Positions 1 to 9,453 of a stretch of 64,000 nt of DNA are shown in pieces; within the stretch, counting starts at the first letter, position 1, and each line of letters begins with the position of its first letter. The notes beneath the pieces are model-generated. The model was given only the letters and a program-made list of their open reading frames with translations, ran no database searches and was not told the DNA's origin. A program made the translations under genes and the position numbers. The stretch comes from a virus: the IMG/VR virus record IMGVR_UViG_3300010883_025067, positions 11,870 through 75,869 of that record; one strand, 5' to 3'.

Positions 1-927
1 TATTCAGCATGGCTTCACACTCATTACGAGAAAGAATGGCTCGCAACCTGTCTTCAAACGTGGAATGGTTCACCAAAGTTTGGTAAAATTATTTCTGAGA
101 TAAAGTCATTGGGTTACAAGATTTTACCACCCGATATCAATTCATCTTCAGATGTTTGGGTTTATAATGAAGAGAGAAAAGGCTTTGTTCCACCTCTCAC
201 AGCAATCAAGGGTGTGGGCAAGTCAGCGGTTCAGGAAATTATGACACGCCGGCCCTTTACATGCATAGATCAGATGCTTTTCACTGAGGAGGGTCAGTGG
301 CGACCTTCAAAGATGAATAAGACATGTTTTGACTCACTTTGCAAGGTTGAAGCCTTTGGATCTCTGGATGAAATGTCAAGAGGTGATATCAAAAATCATA
401 GACATCTTCATGAAATTATAGTTGGAAATTACGATCTTCTTAAGAAGGGAAGATTTGGAATGTCGAAGACAGCTGCAAAGAAAATGATGAAGGAGACAGG
501 TAGGGTTCCCGAATTTATTCCTGAGAAGATAAGAGAAAGCTTTGATGAGCATGACTGGTCAAGGTCAACTAAGATAGCATTTAGTGTAGATCTCATGGCA
601 GGAGCGGATGATGACATGGTATTTCCTCCTGCCTTGATGCAAAAAATTGAAAAATCACAGGTAAAAGCTATCACGAAAATGGAAGGCAACAAGAAGGATG
701 TCGCTTGGTTCTGCATCCAGTCAATTGAAGAAAGGACAACAAAAAACGGAAAGACATTTTATCGTCTGAAGGTATGTGATAGCAGCTCTGAGAGCGTGTG
801 GCTCCGTGTGTGGGGTAGGTTTAATCAACTCCCTGACCTGTATACAATCTGGCTCGCAGAGGTGGCTTCTAGCGAGGCGTGGGGATGTTCAACTTCTGCC
901 TACAAAATGAAACAAATTAAAGTATAA
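1..927 (+). CDS. dnaE: DNA polymerase III alpha subunit, C-terminal part (runs off left edge)
   Basis: Frame open from base 1: YSAWLHTHYEKEWLA...GYKILPPDINSS, HhH motif LTAIKGVGKSAV, C-terminal OB fold (TTKNGKTFYRLKVCD). Confidence 0.88.
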   Translation, partial: YSAWLHTHYEKEWLATCLQTWNGSPKFGKIISEIKSLGYKILPPDINSSSDVWVYNEERKGFVPPLTAIKGVGKSAVQEIMTRRPFTCIDQMLFTEEGQWRPSKMNKTCFDSLCKVEAFGSLDEMSRGDIKNHRHLHEIIVGNYDLLKKGRFGMSKTAAKKMMKETGRVPEFIPEKIRESFDEHDWSRSTKIAFSVDLMAGADDDMVFPPALMQKIEKSQVKAITKMEGNKKDVAWFCIQSIEERTTKNGKTFYRLKVCDSSSESVWLRVWGRFNQLPDLYTIWLAEVASSEAWGCSTSAYKMKQIKV

Positions 928-935
928 TAACAGAC

Positions 936-1841
936 ATGCTAACATACCCAACACAGACACTATTTGTTGAAGGACCAGACTGTTCTGGAAAGACAACTCT
1001 GATCAGTAAGATCCACAGTGTATCAGATTATCGATGGCACGTGATGGATAGGTCACAGCTCTCTCGTGATGTATTCAGTCGACTATACAGCAGGTCTCTC
1101 AGTTTTATTGACAGTGACTTACATAACGAGATGTATAATCTTAACAATAGATACGTGATGCTTGATTTACCGTGGAGTGTTATTGAGAGAAGGTTTCTTA
1201 GCCGTGGTGATCCACTTCACGATCATACTTCCATGAAAAAAGTTCATGATGCTTTTACAATTAGATTTGGCAATGTGAAGATGTTTCCTAATATTATTCA
1301 TGTGAGCAGAGAGACAGATGTTGATGAACTTGCAGATAGTGTTGTCGCTTTGTTGTGTGTAAGAGAGAGAGCGTTGCTCAAAGAAGTAGCCAGCGAGGTG
1401 ATTCAGGCAGCTAATACATCTCCGACAAAGGAAGTCTTTCCTCTATCCTTTACACTGTATGACACCGGTGAATTCGAGGAGGCTGACCCTAGCATTCTTG
1501 ACTATGAGCCAGAAACAGAATATTATGAAACAGTTTATCGTGCACTATTAGAAAAAATAGATAATGAACTTGCAGGAAATAATGTGTACAATCGAAAAGA
1601 AGATCTGTCATCTAGGAGATTCGTATACACAGGAGATTCATGCATTTCTTTTATTCATGTAAGCCAGAGAAATTCTGTGATGGATTTTCACTGTGTGATT
1701 CGATCATGCAATGTAGCGACACTTTTTGAACATGATTTGAGATTTTTATATTTTTTGGCATCTGTGTGCTGGAAGAAGATTGGGAGAGATTGTGATCAGG
1801 CTAGATTAAGATTTAATTTAAATTCTGCTCACATTATTTAG
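936..1841 (+). CDS. Fusion of dNMP (thymidylate)-kinase-like domain and thymidylate synthase/dCMP hydroxymethylase-fold domain
   Basis: N-term P-loop VEGPDCSGKTT and MDRS; C-term SSRR..SC(catalytic)ISF..RSCN...D...SAHI, collinear with TS-family motifs. Confidence 0.72.
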   Translation: MLTYPTQTLFVEGPDCSGKTTLISKIHSVSDYRWHVMDRSQLSRDVFSRLYSRSLSFIDSDLHNEMYNLNNRYVMLDLPWSVIERRFLSRGDPLHDHTSMKKVHDAFTIRFGNVKMFPNIIHVSRETDVDELADSVVALLCVRERALLKEVASEVIQAANTSPTKEVFPLSFTLYDTGEFEEADPSILDYEPETEYYETVYRALLEKIDNELAGNNVYNRKEDLSSRRFVYTGDSCISFIHVSQRNSVMDFHCVIRSCNVATLFEHDLRFLYFLASVCWKKIGRDCDQARLRFNLNSAHII

Positions 1842-1856
1842 AACGGAGTAAATGGT

Positions 1857-2849
1857 ATGAAAAGAGCACTTGTAACTGGCGGCTGTGGTTTTGTTGGATC
1901 AAGTTTGACACACAGACTTGTAAAAGAGGGCTGGCAGGTTGACATTGTTGATGATATGTCGAATGGTCATTTAGAGTTACTGGAAGGCCTAAATATGAGA
2001 GTTGTGTTAGTGGATCTGCTCTCAAACTTCTATGAGTCGGACGTGGTAAGAGAGGTATCAGATGTGCATGTAATTCAGGGAGATTTCGCACACTCAGCTG
2101 TATTATCGAATATAAAGTCAGAAATATATGATGTTGTCTTCCACCAGGCGGCAATTCCCAGGGTTCTTTTTTCTGTTGAAAATCCAGGAGTGACAACAGA
2201 TGTCAATATCAGTGGTACAGTTAGATTACTTGAAGCCTGTAGGGGTAGTGTTAACAGAGTAGTCTGGGCATCCTCTTCTTCTGTCTACGGCGCCGCAGAC
2301 ATTCTTCCCACATCCGAGGCAACTACAAAAAATCCCAAGTCACCGTATGCGTGGCAGAAGAGTGCAATTGAAGATATTGCAAGTCTCTTTGGTGAGCTTT
2401 ATGATCTTGACATTGTGTGCCTGCGGTACTTTAATGTTTTTGGGCCAGGCCAGTATGGTGATTCACCTTACTCGACAGCTGTGTCTGCGTGGTGTCATGC
2501 AACTAAAAACGGTCTAACACTTAGAAGTGACGGTGATGGTAGCCAATCAAGAGACATGTGTTATATTGACAACACTGTTGATGCCAACATTCTCGCTGCA
2601 ACAGCAGATATGAAATTTTACGGAAAGACATATAACGTTTCTTGCGGTGACCAGACAACAAATCGAGAAATTCTAGAGTTTTTCACAAACAGATTTGGTC
2701 ATGTTATTGTGAGGGATGCACCGTGGCGTCCGGGGGATGTAATGCATACCCGTGCTGACATTTCAAGTATTTCAAATGATCTTGGATATGAACCAACAGT
2801 TAGATTCTGGGAGGGTCTGGAGAGGACGCTTGCATGGTGGGGTATATGA
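1857..2849 (+). CDS. NAD-dependent nucleotide-sugar epimerase/dehydratase (extended SDR)
   Basis: TGGCGFVGS, FHQAA, ASSSSVYG, YAWQK (YxxxK), LRYFNVFGP. Confidence 0.93.
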   Translation: MKRALVTGGCGFVGSSLTHRLVKEGWQVDIVDDMSNGHLELLEGLNMRVVLVDLLSNFYESDVVREVSDVHVIQGDFAHSAVLSNIKSEIYDVVFHQAAIPRVLFSVENPGVTTDVNISGTVRLLEACRGSVNRVVWASSSSVYGAADILPTSEATTKNPKSPYAWQKSAIEDIASLFGELYDLDIVCLRYFNVFGPGQYGDSPYSTAVSAWCHATKNGLTLRSDGDGSQSRDMCYIDNTVDANILAATADMKFYGKTYNVSCGDQTTNREILEFFTNRFGHVIVRDAPWRPGDVMHTRADISSISNDLGYEPTVRFWEGLERTLAWWGI

Positions 2850-2853
2850 GAAA

Positions 2854-3273
2854 ATGATGAAAACTAAGAAGCACGTAAAGTCAGCGTGGATTACAAGGAT
2901 TACTTCTAAGAAGGTTTATCAAAAGCCCTGGGGCAAAGAGCAAAACTGGTCAGGATTTCAAGGTATTCACGGCAAGACCCTGTTTATTAGAGAGGGCGAA
3001 AGAACGAGTCTTAAATACTATCCTAGAAAAACTGAGATGCTATTTGTTAGATCTGGTACAGTAGAAGTAACATTTGGAAATGAATGCTCTCTCTTGGATC
3101 CAGTTGCAAATCCAATGAAAAATGAGACGATGGCGGAAGGTGACACACTGATGGTGCAATCTTGCTGCCCGTATAGAATTTCTGCTCTAGTAGATAGTGA
3201 AATTATAGAGATTGGAGATAATATGTCTGATAAACCGATAAGACTTGAAGATGATTATGGAAGAGATACATGA
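2854..3273 (+). CDS. Cupin-domain protein (mannose-6-P isomerase type-II C-terminal-like)
   Basis: KPWGKE...KTLFIREGERTSLKYYPRKTEMLFV..G; metal His positions appear replaced by Tyr; start moved to ATG 2854. Confidence 0.65.
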   Translation: MMKTKKHVKSAWITRITSKKVYQKPWGKEQNWSGFQGIHGKTLFIREGERTSLKYYPRKTEMLFVRSGTVEVTFGNECSLLDPVANPMKNETMAEGDTLMVQSCCPYRISALVDSEIIEIGDNMSDKPIRLEDDYGRDT

Positions 3274-3830
3274 TTTCACCTGAATTTATTATTTTTACAG
3301 GTCCAATGTTCGGATCTAAGACAACAAAACTCCTTGCAACAGTTGACAGGTATGGCTATCAGCATAAGGTGATCATGGCATTTAAGCCAAAATTAGATGA
3401 TAGATATGCTAGTGGAGACATTTCTACACATAATGGTGGAAGTTTAAAGGCAGTTACTGTAAATAGTGGTTTAGATGTTGAAAGGCACGTGTTAGGTGCT
3501 GAAGAAAAAGTTGATATAATTGCTGTAGATGAGGCCTTTATGCTAGACGGAATTGCCAATTCTCTCATAAAATTATTTCAGATGGGAAAAACTATTGTTG
3601 TTTCATCCCTGCAGCTGTCAGCAAGCTGCAGTATTTTCGAAGAGGTGAGGGATATGATGCCATTTGCTACGAAGATTGAGATTTGTCCTGCTGTTTGCAC
3701 AGTAACAGGTCGTAACGCCTACTACACTCACAAGAAGTATGATAATATGAGTGAGATAGAAATAGGTGGAGCAGAGATTTATGAGCCTCGTTGCTGGGAA
3801 CATCACATTCATATGAACAAGCTAAGCTAG
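3270..3830 (+). CDS. tdk: Thymidine kinase
   Basis: GPMFGSKTT, FKPKLDDRY, IAVDEA, IGGAEIYEPRC. Confidence 0.92.
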   Translation: MISPEFIIFTGPMFGSKTTKLLATVDRYGYQHKVIMAFKPKLDDRYASGDISTHNGGSLKAVTVNSGLDVERHVLGAEEKVDIIAVDEAFMLDGIANSLIKLFQMGKTIVVSSLQLSASCSIFEEVRDMMPFATKIEICPAVCTVTGRNAYYTHKKYDNMSEIEIGGAEIYEPRCWEHHIHMNKLS

Positions 3831-3831
3831 A

Positions 3832-4746
3832 ATGATTGAACCAACAAGTATTGATACAGTGATTTATCACGCAGATTGCTCGGACGGCTTTGGCGCAGCG
3901 TATGCTGCATGGAAGCTCTTGGGTAATAGGGCTGATTATTATGCCTGTAAGCATGGAAAACCACCGCCAGATGTGACAGATAAAGTTGTAGCAATCCTTG
4001 ACTTTTCTTTTGATAATGCAACTACAAAGAAGATGATAGAGGATGCAGCAGGATTGATTGTTATCGATCACCACAAATCAGCGATGGTCGAATTACACGA
4101 TATTTCTAACACTATATTTGATATGACAAAATCAGGTGCCATACTATCATGGGAATTTTTTCATCCAGGCAAGGAGTCGCCAAAATTTATTGAATACATC
4201 CAGGATCGAGATATTTGGAAGTGGGAGCTTCCCTACTCGAGAGAATTCGCTGCAGCATTTGATATGGTTCCTTTTGACTTTGAAGAATTTGAAAAATTCG
4301 AGGATGATTCTGTATTCGATGATGCTGCTAAGAGAGGATCGTATATTCTTGCTTATTCTAAGACAGTTGTTAAAAAGGTTTGTGAGAAGGCATCAACGAG
4401 AAAGTATAAAGGTATGGATGTTCTTGTTGTGAATTCCTGTCACTGGATATCTGAGATCGGGGCTCGGCTTGCTCCGGATTGCGATTTTGCAATGATCTGG
4501 TACTACGATCACGATGACAGGATAATCAAGGTGAGCCTTAGATCATTTCATGATGCTGTTGATGTGTCTGAGCTCGCGAAAGAGTTTGGTGGTGGAGGTC
4601 ATCGCAAGGCAGCAGGTTTCCAGATACCTGGTGATATGAGAGTTGATGAGATCTTTGATGATGATCCTGATCTTGAATTTTTCGAGGATAAGGCACTTGA
4701 TGAAATGGAAGATGTTCAAAATGCTAATCAAGAGGAAGAAGAATAG
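3832..4746 (+). CDS. DHH/DHHA1 family phosphoesterase
   Basis: YHADCSDG, ILDFS, IDHHKS, QDRDIW, SLRS, GGGGHRKAAGF. Confidence 0.9.
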   Translation: MIEPTSIDTVIYHADCSDGFGAAYAAWKLLGNRADYYACKHGKPPPDVTDKVVAILDFSFDNATTKKMIEDAAGLIVIDHHKSAMVELHDISNTIFDMTKSGAILSWEFFHPGKESPKFIEYIQDRDIWKWELPYSREFAAAFDMVPFDFEEFEKFEDDSVFDDAAKRGSYILAYSKTVVKKVCEKASTRKYKGMDVLVVNSCHWISEIGARLAPDCDFAMIWYYDHDDRIIKVSLRSFHDAVDVSELAKEFGGGGHRKAAGFQIPGDMRVDEIFDDDPDLEFFEDKALDEMEDVQNANQEEEE

Positions 4747-4994
4747 GTGAAATTGCCCTTTCCAGAAGAGGAACCCGGTATTTTATCAATACTTTTTGAT
4801 GCCACTGGTGAGGGATCATGGAATGAGAGAGTGAATAGATTGCCAGAAGAAATAGCAACTTTATTAAATCGATTTTAAATTATTTGAATCATGAATGTGA
4901 TACGATTACAACGTTTAATGATTATTGTAAAAGAATAATTTCAACTATTGAATCATCATATTATGACTTTATGAGACCTGTAAATGAGCCATAG
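4747..4994 (+). pseudogene. Small hypothetical gene apparently broken by a 1-nt frameshift at the T-run 4873-4876
   Basis: GTG4747 ORF stops at TAA4876; the -1 frame continues open to TAG4994, overlapping the next start. Confidence 0.4.
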
Positions 4995-5409
4995 ACTAAG
5001 CTGGGATGAGATATGGATGGATGTTGCCTTCGGAATTGCTCGAAGGTCATACGATCCTCGTTATCAAGTTGGAGCAGTTGTTGTGACTGATGACAACACA
5101 CAGGTGCTAGCAGTCGGATATAATGGCAACTACACTGGTGGGCCTAATGAGGTTGAATCTGATACACCTGGTGAGTCTGGAATGCTTCACGCAGAGATAA
5201 ATGCTCTTCTCAAGATGGACTATAATAATCCCAAAAGAAAGAGGCTCTATCTCACGTTGTCTCCGTGTCGAATGTGTGCTAAGGCAATCATCAATGCAGG
5301 AATAGATGAAGTGCTGTATGCAGAAGAGTACAGAGACACATCAGGAGTAGAGCTTCTTCGTAAATCTGATGTTATTGTAAAAAAGCTAACACTTGCTGGC
5401 GATATTTAA
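4984..5409 (+). CDS. dCMP deaminase
   Basis: VGAVVV, GYNG, HAEINA, SPCRMC zinc motifs. Confidence 0.92.
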   Translation: MSHRLSWDEIWMDVAFGIARRSYDPRYQVGAVVVTDDNTQVLAVGYNGNYTGGPNEVESDTPGESGMLHAEINALLKMDYNNPKRKRLYLTLSPCRMCAKAIINAGIDEVLYAEEYRDTSGVELLRKSDVIVKKLTLAGDI

Positions 5410-5453
5410 TACAATAGAGTATTGCTTATTCGAGTGATCTGGAGTTTTGTACA

Positions 5454-6695
5454 GTGCCTAGATTTAAGGAGATAGCCGCTTCCGACATCAGAGTGGGAGA
5501 GGATCTTTTACACCAGTTAATTGACATTCCCCAGCGATATATGTCAGGGTCAGCTTCAAGGAAAAAGCGAGCCACATTTACAACAGGTGGTATCGGACCA
5601 GGAATCACGTCCTCCCTGTTTCACACTGTTTACGATAATGATTATAGACTACAGTCTGCGAATCCTGTATTTGACATAACAGTCGGACTATTCAGCGGCA
5701 GCGACACAGTAAAAGAGTCGGCATTCGCACAAGATAGTATTGGAAAACTTGTTTTCCCGTCGCAGTCTGTGATGATGCATCAGAAAATGGATATTTACCA
5801 GCAATTTTCACAATTATTGCTAGGCAGTGCTGATAAGCCATTTTTTCTCTCTTCAAGTGGTAGACCCGACGAACCAATTGGCTCGACAGACTCGAGAGTC
5901 GATGAGGCTCTCTTCATAAGCTTTAGGCGTAGTTTTGCAAGGGACAGAATAAAAGCTGAAACCTTTGCGATGCGATTCTGGACAACAGCATCACTTCCTA
6001 ACACTTCATCTGATGACTATAATTTATTTAAAACATCTGAGACAGGTTCTACGATTTTTACCGATGTGGGTGCTAACTCTACATCAAGGACCGAATTTTC
6101 TGGCAGGGTTGGAAACATCATTAATGCAGATGCGTCCAATTCAACTGTTGGTAATTTGTTTTACCGTCAGGGTGTTGCTGTTTTGGATCTTTCTAGAATT
6201 ATGTCTGGTAGCCAGCATGTCTCAGGTGTTATTGATGCGATGAATTCAGCAAGCCCTGGAGATACAGCACCCCCAGGCACAATGATAATTGGATCATCAG
6301 GTTCTGGAAACCCAAATGCTTACTTTATTCCAGATCTGATGGTATCCGCATCGATTGATAATATTCTTGATCACATTTGCAGCTGTAGGTTTAGTTCTGG
6401 ATCTGAGACAGCAATCACATTCCAGAATACCACAGAGATAAATTCGACGCTGATTTTTTGCAGATCGACTTCTGATGAGTTTAATTATTCCACCAATCCC
6501 ACCTATGTGGACGATGATAATTCCATACAGGTTCTCGAGGCAGGATCTGAGAACATACAGCAGTCTTTTTCCTATGTGACCTCAGTTGGACTTTACGATG
6601 CACATGACAACTTGCTTGCAATTGCGAAGCTAAGTCGACCTGTGGAGAAAAATAATGAAAAAGATCTGACATTTAGAATCAGGCTTGATTTTTAG
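5454..6695 (+). CDS. Putative virion structural (tail/baseplate-associated) protein
   Basis: Ser/Thr/Gly-rich beta protein ending EFNYSTNPTY...YVTSVGLYD...LLAIAKLSRPVEK...FRIRLDF, a terminus typical of large-phage tail proteins; preceded by ATATTTA. Confidence 0.6.
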   Translation: MPRFKEIAASDIRVGEDLLHQLIDIPQRYMSGSASRKKRATFTTGGIGPGITSSLFHTVYDNDYRLQSANPVFDITVGLFSGSDTVKESAFAQDSIGKLVFPSQSVMMHQKMDIYQQFSQLLLGSADKPFFLSSSGRPDEPIGSTDSRVDEALFISFRRSFARDRIKAETFAMRFWTTASLPNTSSDDYNLFKTSETGSTIFTDVGANSTSRTEFSGRVGNIINADASNSTVGNLFYRQGVAVLDLSRIMSGSQHVSGVIDAMNSASPGDTAPPGTMIIGSSGSGNPNAYFIPDLMVSASIDNILDHICSCRFSSGSETAITFQNTTEINSTLIFCRSTSDEFNYSTNPTYVDDDNSIQVLEAGSENIQQSFSYVTSVGLYDAHDNLLAIAKLSRPVEKNNEKDLTFRIRLDF

Positions 6696-6758
6696 ATGAC
6701 AGCAAAAATGCTGTGGCTTCCAATAATTAATGTAGTATGAATATCACCGGAGCATCTG

Positions 6759-7046
6759 TTGGAAATTTATACTGAAGATAAGATAAGCGAGATTGTGAGT
6801 CACATCAAGCGTGAAAATATTAGTATGTCTGAAAAGCTTGATCTTTTTGTGGGCCCTTCTACAGACAAGGATAGAAGACTTGTTATAAAGCCAGGGCTCA
6901 AGATAAAACATAAGAAGTCAGGCGTCGTTTACACTGTACAAGCAATTGATCTATCTGATTTATCAAACCCAACATTGATTTGCAATCGTCCAGGGTTTGT
7001 AATGGAAATCACAAAACAGCACTTTAAAGACTATGAGAGGCAATAA
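6759..7046 (+). CDS. Hypothetical protein
   Basis: 95-aa ORF, GGAG upstream, coupled to next gene. Confidence 0.6.
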   Translation: MEIYTEDKISEIVSHIKRENISMSEKLDLFVGPSTDKDRRLVIKPGLKIKHKKSGVVYTVQAIDLSDLSNPTLICNRPGFVMEITKQHFKDYERQ

Positions 7047-7741
7047 TGTCAGACTTTACTAACAAGAATCTGCGAGACAACATACGTGAATCATTAAGAC
7101 TTGATGACAATGAAGAGCTAAATGAGGCATATGTTGCACAGCTAAAGCAGTATAGCCTGCCCACTGAGATGTTAAGCGTAGCCAACAAGAGGAATCATGT
7201 TGAGCTTTATGAGGGTTACATCGAAAACTTTAATCGTGTGAGTGCTGAGCTGGATACTGCTGATAGATCTGTAGCAAACTCTAACCACTCACAGTACAGA
7301 TCATTGAAGATTGATGAATCATACAATATGAATGCAGCATATCTTCATGAGCTTTATTTTGCTAACATTAGTGATCTCCACAGTCAGATACCAATGGATT
7401 CACTTTCATACATGAGACTTTCTCGCGATTTTGGTGGTTTTGATAAATGGCAGGAGGATTTTATCGCATGCTGCAAGGCATCAAGATGTGGATGGGCTGT
7501 GACTGTTTATAGCACATATCTTCAGAGATATATGAATTGTGTCGTTGATTTACATAGCTTGCAGATTCCAATCGGTGCGTATCCTGTTGTTGTTATGGAC
7601 GTATGGCAACATGCATATTATCGAGACTACTTGAGAGATGTGAGAACATATGTGCATGCAATGATGAAGCAACTCAATTGGACAGTTATTGAAGAGAGGT
7701 TTCGTAAAGCTGACAAAATTCAAAAGGCACTGAGGACTTAA
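7046..7741 (+). CDS. Fe/Mn superoxide dismutase family protein with N-terminal leader
   Basis: NHVELYEGY, YLHELYF, RDFGGFDKW, GWAV, MDVWQHAYY; all four metal ligands present. Confidence 0.85.
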   Translation: MSDFTNKNLRDNIRESLRLDDNEELNEAYVAQLKQYSLPTEMLSVANKRNHVELYEGYIENFNRVSAELDTADRSVANSNHSQYRSLKIDESYNMNAAYLHELYFANISDLHSQIPMDSLSYMRLSRDFGGFDKWQEDFIACCKASRCGWAVTVYSTYLQRYMNCVVDLHSLQIPIGAYPVVVMDVWQHAYYRDYLRDVRTYVHAMMKQLNWTVIEERFRKADKIQKALRT

Positions 7742-7743
7742 AA

Positions 7744-8355
7744 ATGGAAATCAATAAGAAAATGATCAGAAGACTTATTCTGGAACAGATGGAAGATATG
7801 CTATCAGCAGAGGATGAGACTGATAGAACAAGATTGGGAGTTGATTCTGTGGATGACCAGATAGATTCTTTTTTGATAAAGTTTGAGAAAGACTCAGTTT
7901 CTCCTGAGGGTGCACTTTCAGAGATGAGTGCAAGATCATTAGTAGACCTCTTGCTTGAACAAGAAGAGGAGGCTGAGGATACACCTTCTGAAGAAGAACC
8001 AGCTGAGGCAGAAGAGGCAGAAGTTCCAGAGCCTGAGGATAGCACAAAGATCGATGTGACAGAGCCTGTTGAAGAGATTCAAAAGCTTCCATTAAATATC
8101 GATGCCTTTACAAAGAGAGTTGCAAGACTTGTAATGAATAATGTTATTTTACTCGATGTGAAATCAGTTATTTTGAATCGTGCGAAAAATTATCTACTTG
8201 AGAATTATGACCAAGGCCACGTTGACCAGATGAGAGAGATCCTTGATACACAGTTTGATTTCAATCTTGAGGGAAGGGAAGACACTCCTACTGCCCCATA
8301 CGCTGTAGGTGCATATGCAGGAGGAACCGGAGGCTCGGGAGGCGGCGGCGGATAA
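7744..8355 (+). CDS. Acidic hypothetical protein, putative internal head protein
   Basis: MIRRLILEQ and LLLE motifs, Glu-rich linker. Confidence 0.55.
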   Translation: MEINKKMIRRLILEQMEDMLSAEDETDRTRLGVDSVDDQIDSFLIKFEKDSVSPEGALSEMSARSLVDLLLEQEEEAEDTPSEEEPAEAEEAEVPEPEDSTKIDVTEPVEEIQKLPLNIDAFTKRVARLVMNNVILLDVKSVILNRAKNYLLENYDQGHVDQMREILDTQFDFNLEGREDTPTAPYAVGAYAGGTGGSGGGGG

Positions 8356-8642
8356 TGTCTGATAGCTACATTGACTTTGAGACAAAAAAGACAATCCATT
8401 TCAATATCACACGTGCCACCCATGCAGAGTTAAGAATTGCCTGCTTTAAGAAAAGACTTTCTATGCAAGAGGTGTTTGAGGAAATGTCACAGAGAATAGC
8501 AGCAGGGTCACCTGATGTGATTCATATTCTTGATGATCTTTCACAGAAGAAGAGAGATAGAACAATCAGAAAGCTATCACAGACAGATGCAGAGTCTTTA
8601 TTTGACGTAATTGCGCAGGAAAGTCCACTCTCAGAAGACTAG
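8355..8642 (+). CDS. Ribbon-helix-helix-like DNA-binding protein
   Basis: KTIHFNITRATHAELRIACFKKRLSMQEVFEE: beta-strand plus two helices pattern. Confidence 0.5.
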   Translation: MSDSYIDFETKKTIHFNITRATHAELRIACFKKRLSMQEVFEEMSQRIAAGSPDVIHILDDLSQKKRDRTIRKLSQTDAESLFDVIAQESPLSED

Positions 8643-8644
8643 GA

Positions 8645-8944
8645 TTGAAGATGTTTAACAAGCTGAAAAAGTTGTTTGTTAGCTTATTTGAAAGAATTTT
8701 TACAATTTCTTCAAAGGCAGCTGAGTTAACCAAAATTGTCAATGATCTTGAGGTAAGAATTTTTAAACTTGAAGATATTGTTATGAAGCAAACATATGTT
8801 CTGACAGCCTATACTAAGATCCAAGAAGGCATAGTTGATCATATACTTGGTACAGTAACAAAAGGCCACACTAAAGACAATATATCATCGCAGAGCAGCG
8901 GAATGATAATTTTTTCTGAGGACGACGACGATCTCATAAATTAG
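8645..8944 (+). CDS. Hypothetical coiled-coil protein
   Basis: 99-aa ORF in a tight operon. Confidence 0.55.
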   Translation: MKMFNKLKKLFVSLFERIFTISSKAAELTKIVNDLEVRIFKLEDIVMKQTYVLTAYTKIQEGIVDHILGTVTKGHTKDNISSQSSGMIIFSEDDDDLIN

Positions 8945-9002
8945 ATTGGTTTAACTTTTTTAGTAGCTTGTTATAATTTGTCATGCTTTTGGAGGTGATA
9001 TT

Positions 9003-9266
9003 ATGAAAAAGCTAAAAGAACTTTTGAGCAAGTGGAAGGTGCATATCTCTGTTGTTGGGGGTGCGCTTGTGATAGCAACTGCATACGGTCAGTGTACTGT
9101 TGAGCCTGATCTTGATGTACTAGAGGAATCGGCAGAGGAAGCCACAGAGACAAGTGCCAGTACTGACGAGTCTACAACTGTTACAGTGTCTGATGAGACT
9201 GTTACAGCGTCTGATAATGATGCTGCTAGCGCAAGTGAAACAACTGCAGAATCTCATGACGATTAA
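9003..9266 (+). CDS. Membrane-anchored protein with acidic Ser/Thr tail
   Basis: GGAGG RBS, hydrophobic segment then Cys, low-complexity tail. Confidence 0.65.
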   Translation: MKKLKELLSKWKVHISVVGGALVIATAYGQCTVEPDLDVLEESAEEATETSASTDESTTVTVSDETVTASDNDAASASETTAESHDD

Positions 9267-9453
9267 AGTGAAAGGTTTCACTGATCGTGTTCTTGAAAAG
9301 GTCGTTTCTAGAAAGCTGCTAGTATTTGCTACAGCAACTGGGCTGATGATTTGGGATGGTCTTGATTCTGAAACATGGGGCATGATTGCAATTTGCTATA
9401 TTGGTGGGCAAGCTGTTGTTGATGCGATGACAGCATATAGACACGGTAGTTAA
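9256..9453 (+). CDS. Small 2-TM membrane protein, holin-like
   Basis: SRKLLVFATATGLMIW...WGMIAICYIGGQAVVD; start moved to ATG 9256. Confidence 0.45.
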   Translation: MTIKVKGFTDRVLEKVVSRKLLVFATATGLMIWDGLDSETWGMIAICYIGGQAVVDAMTAYRHGS

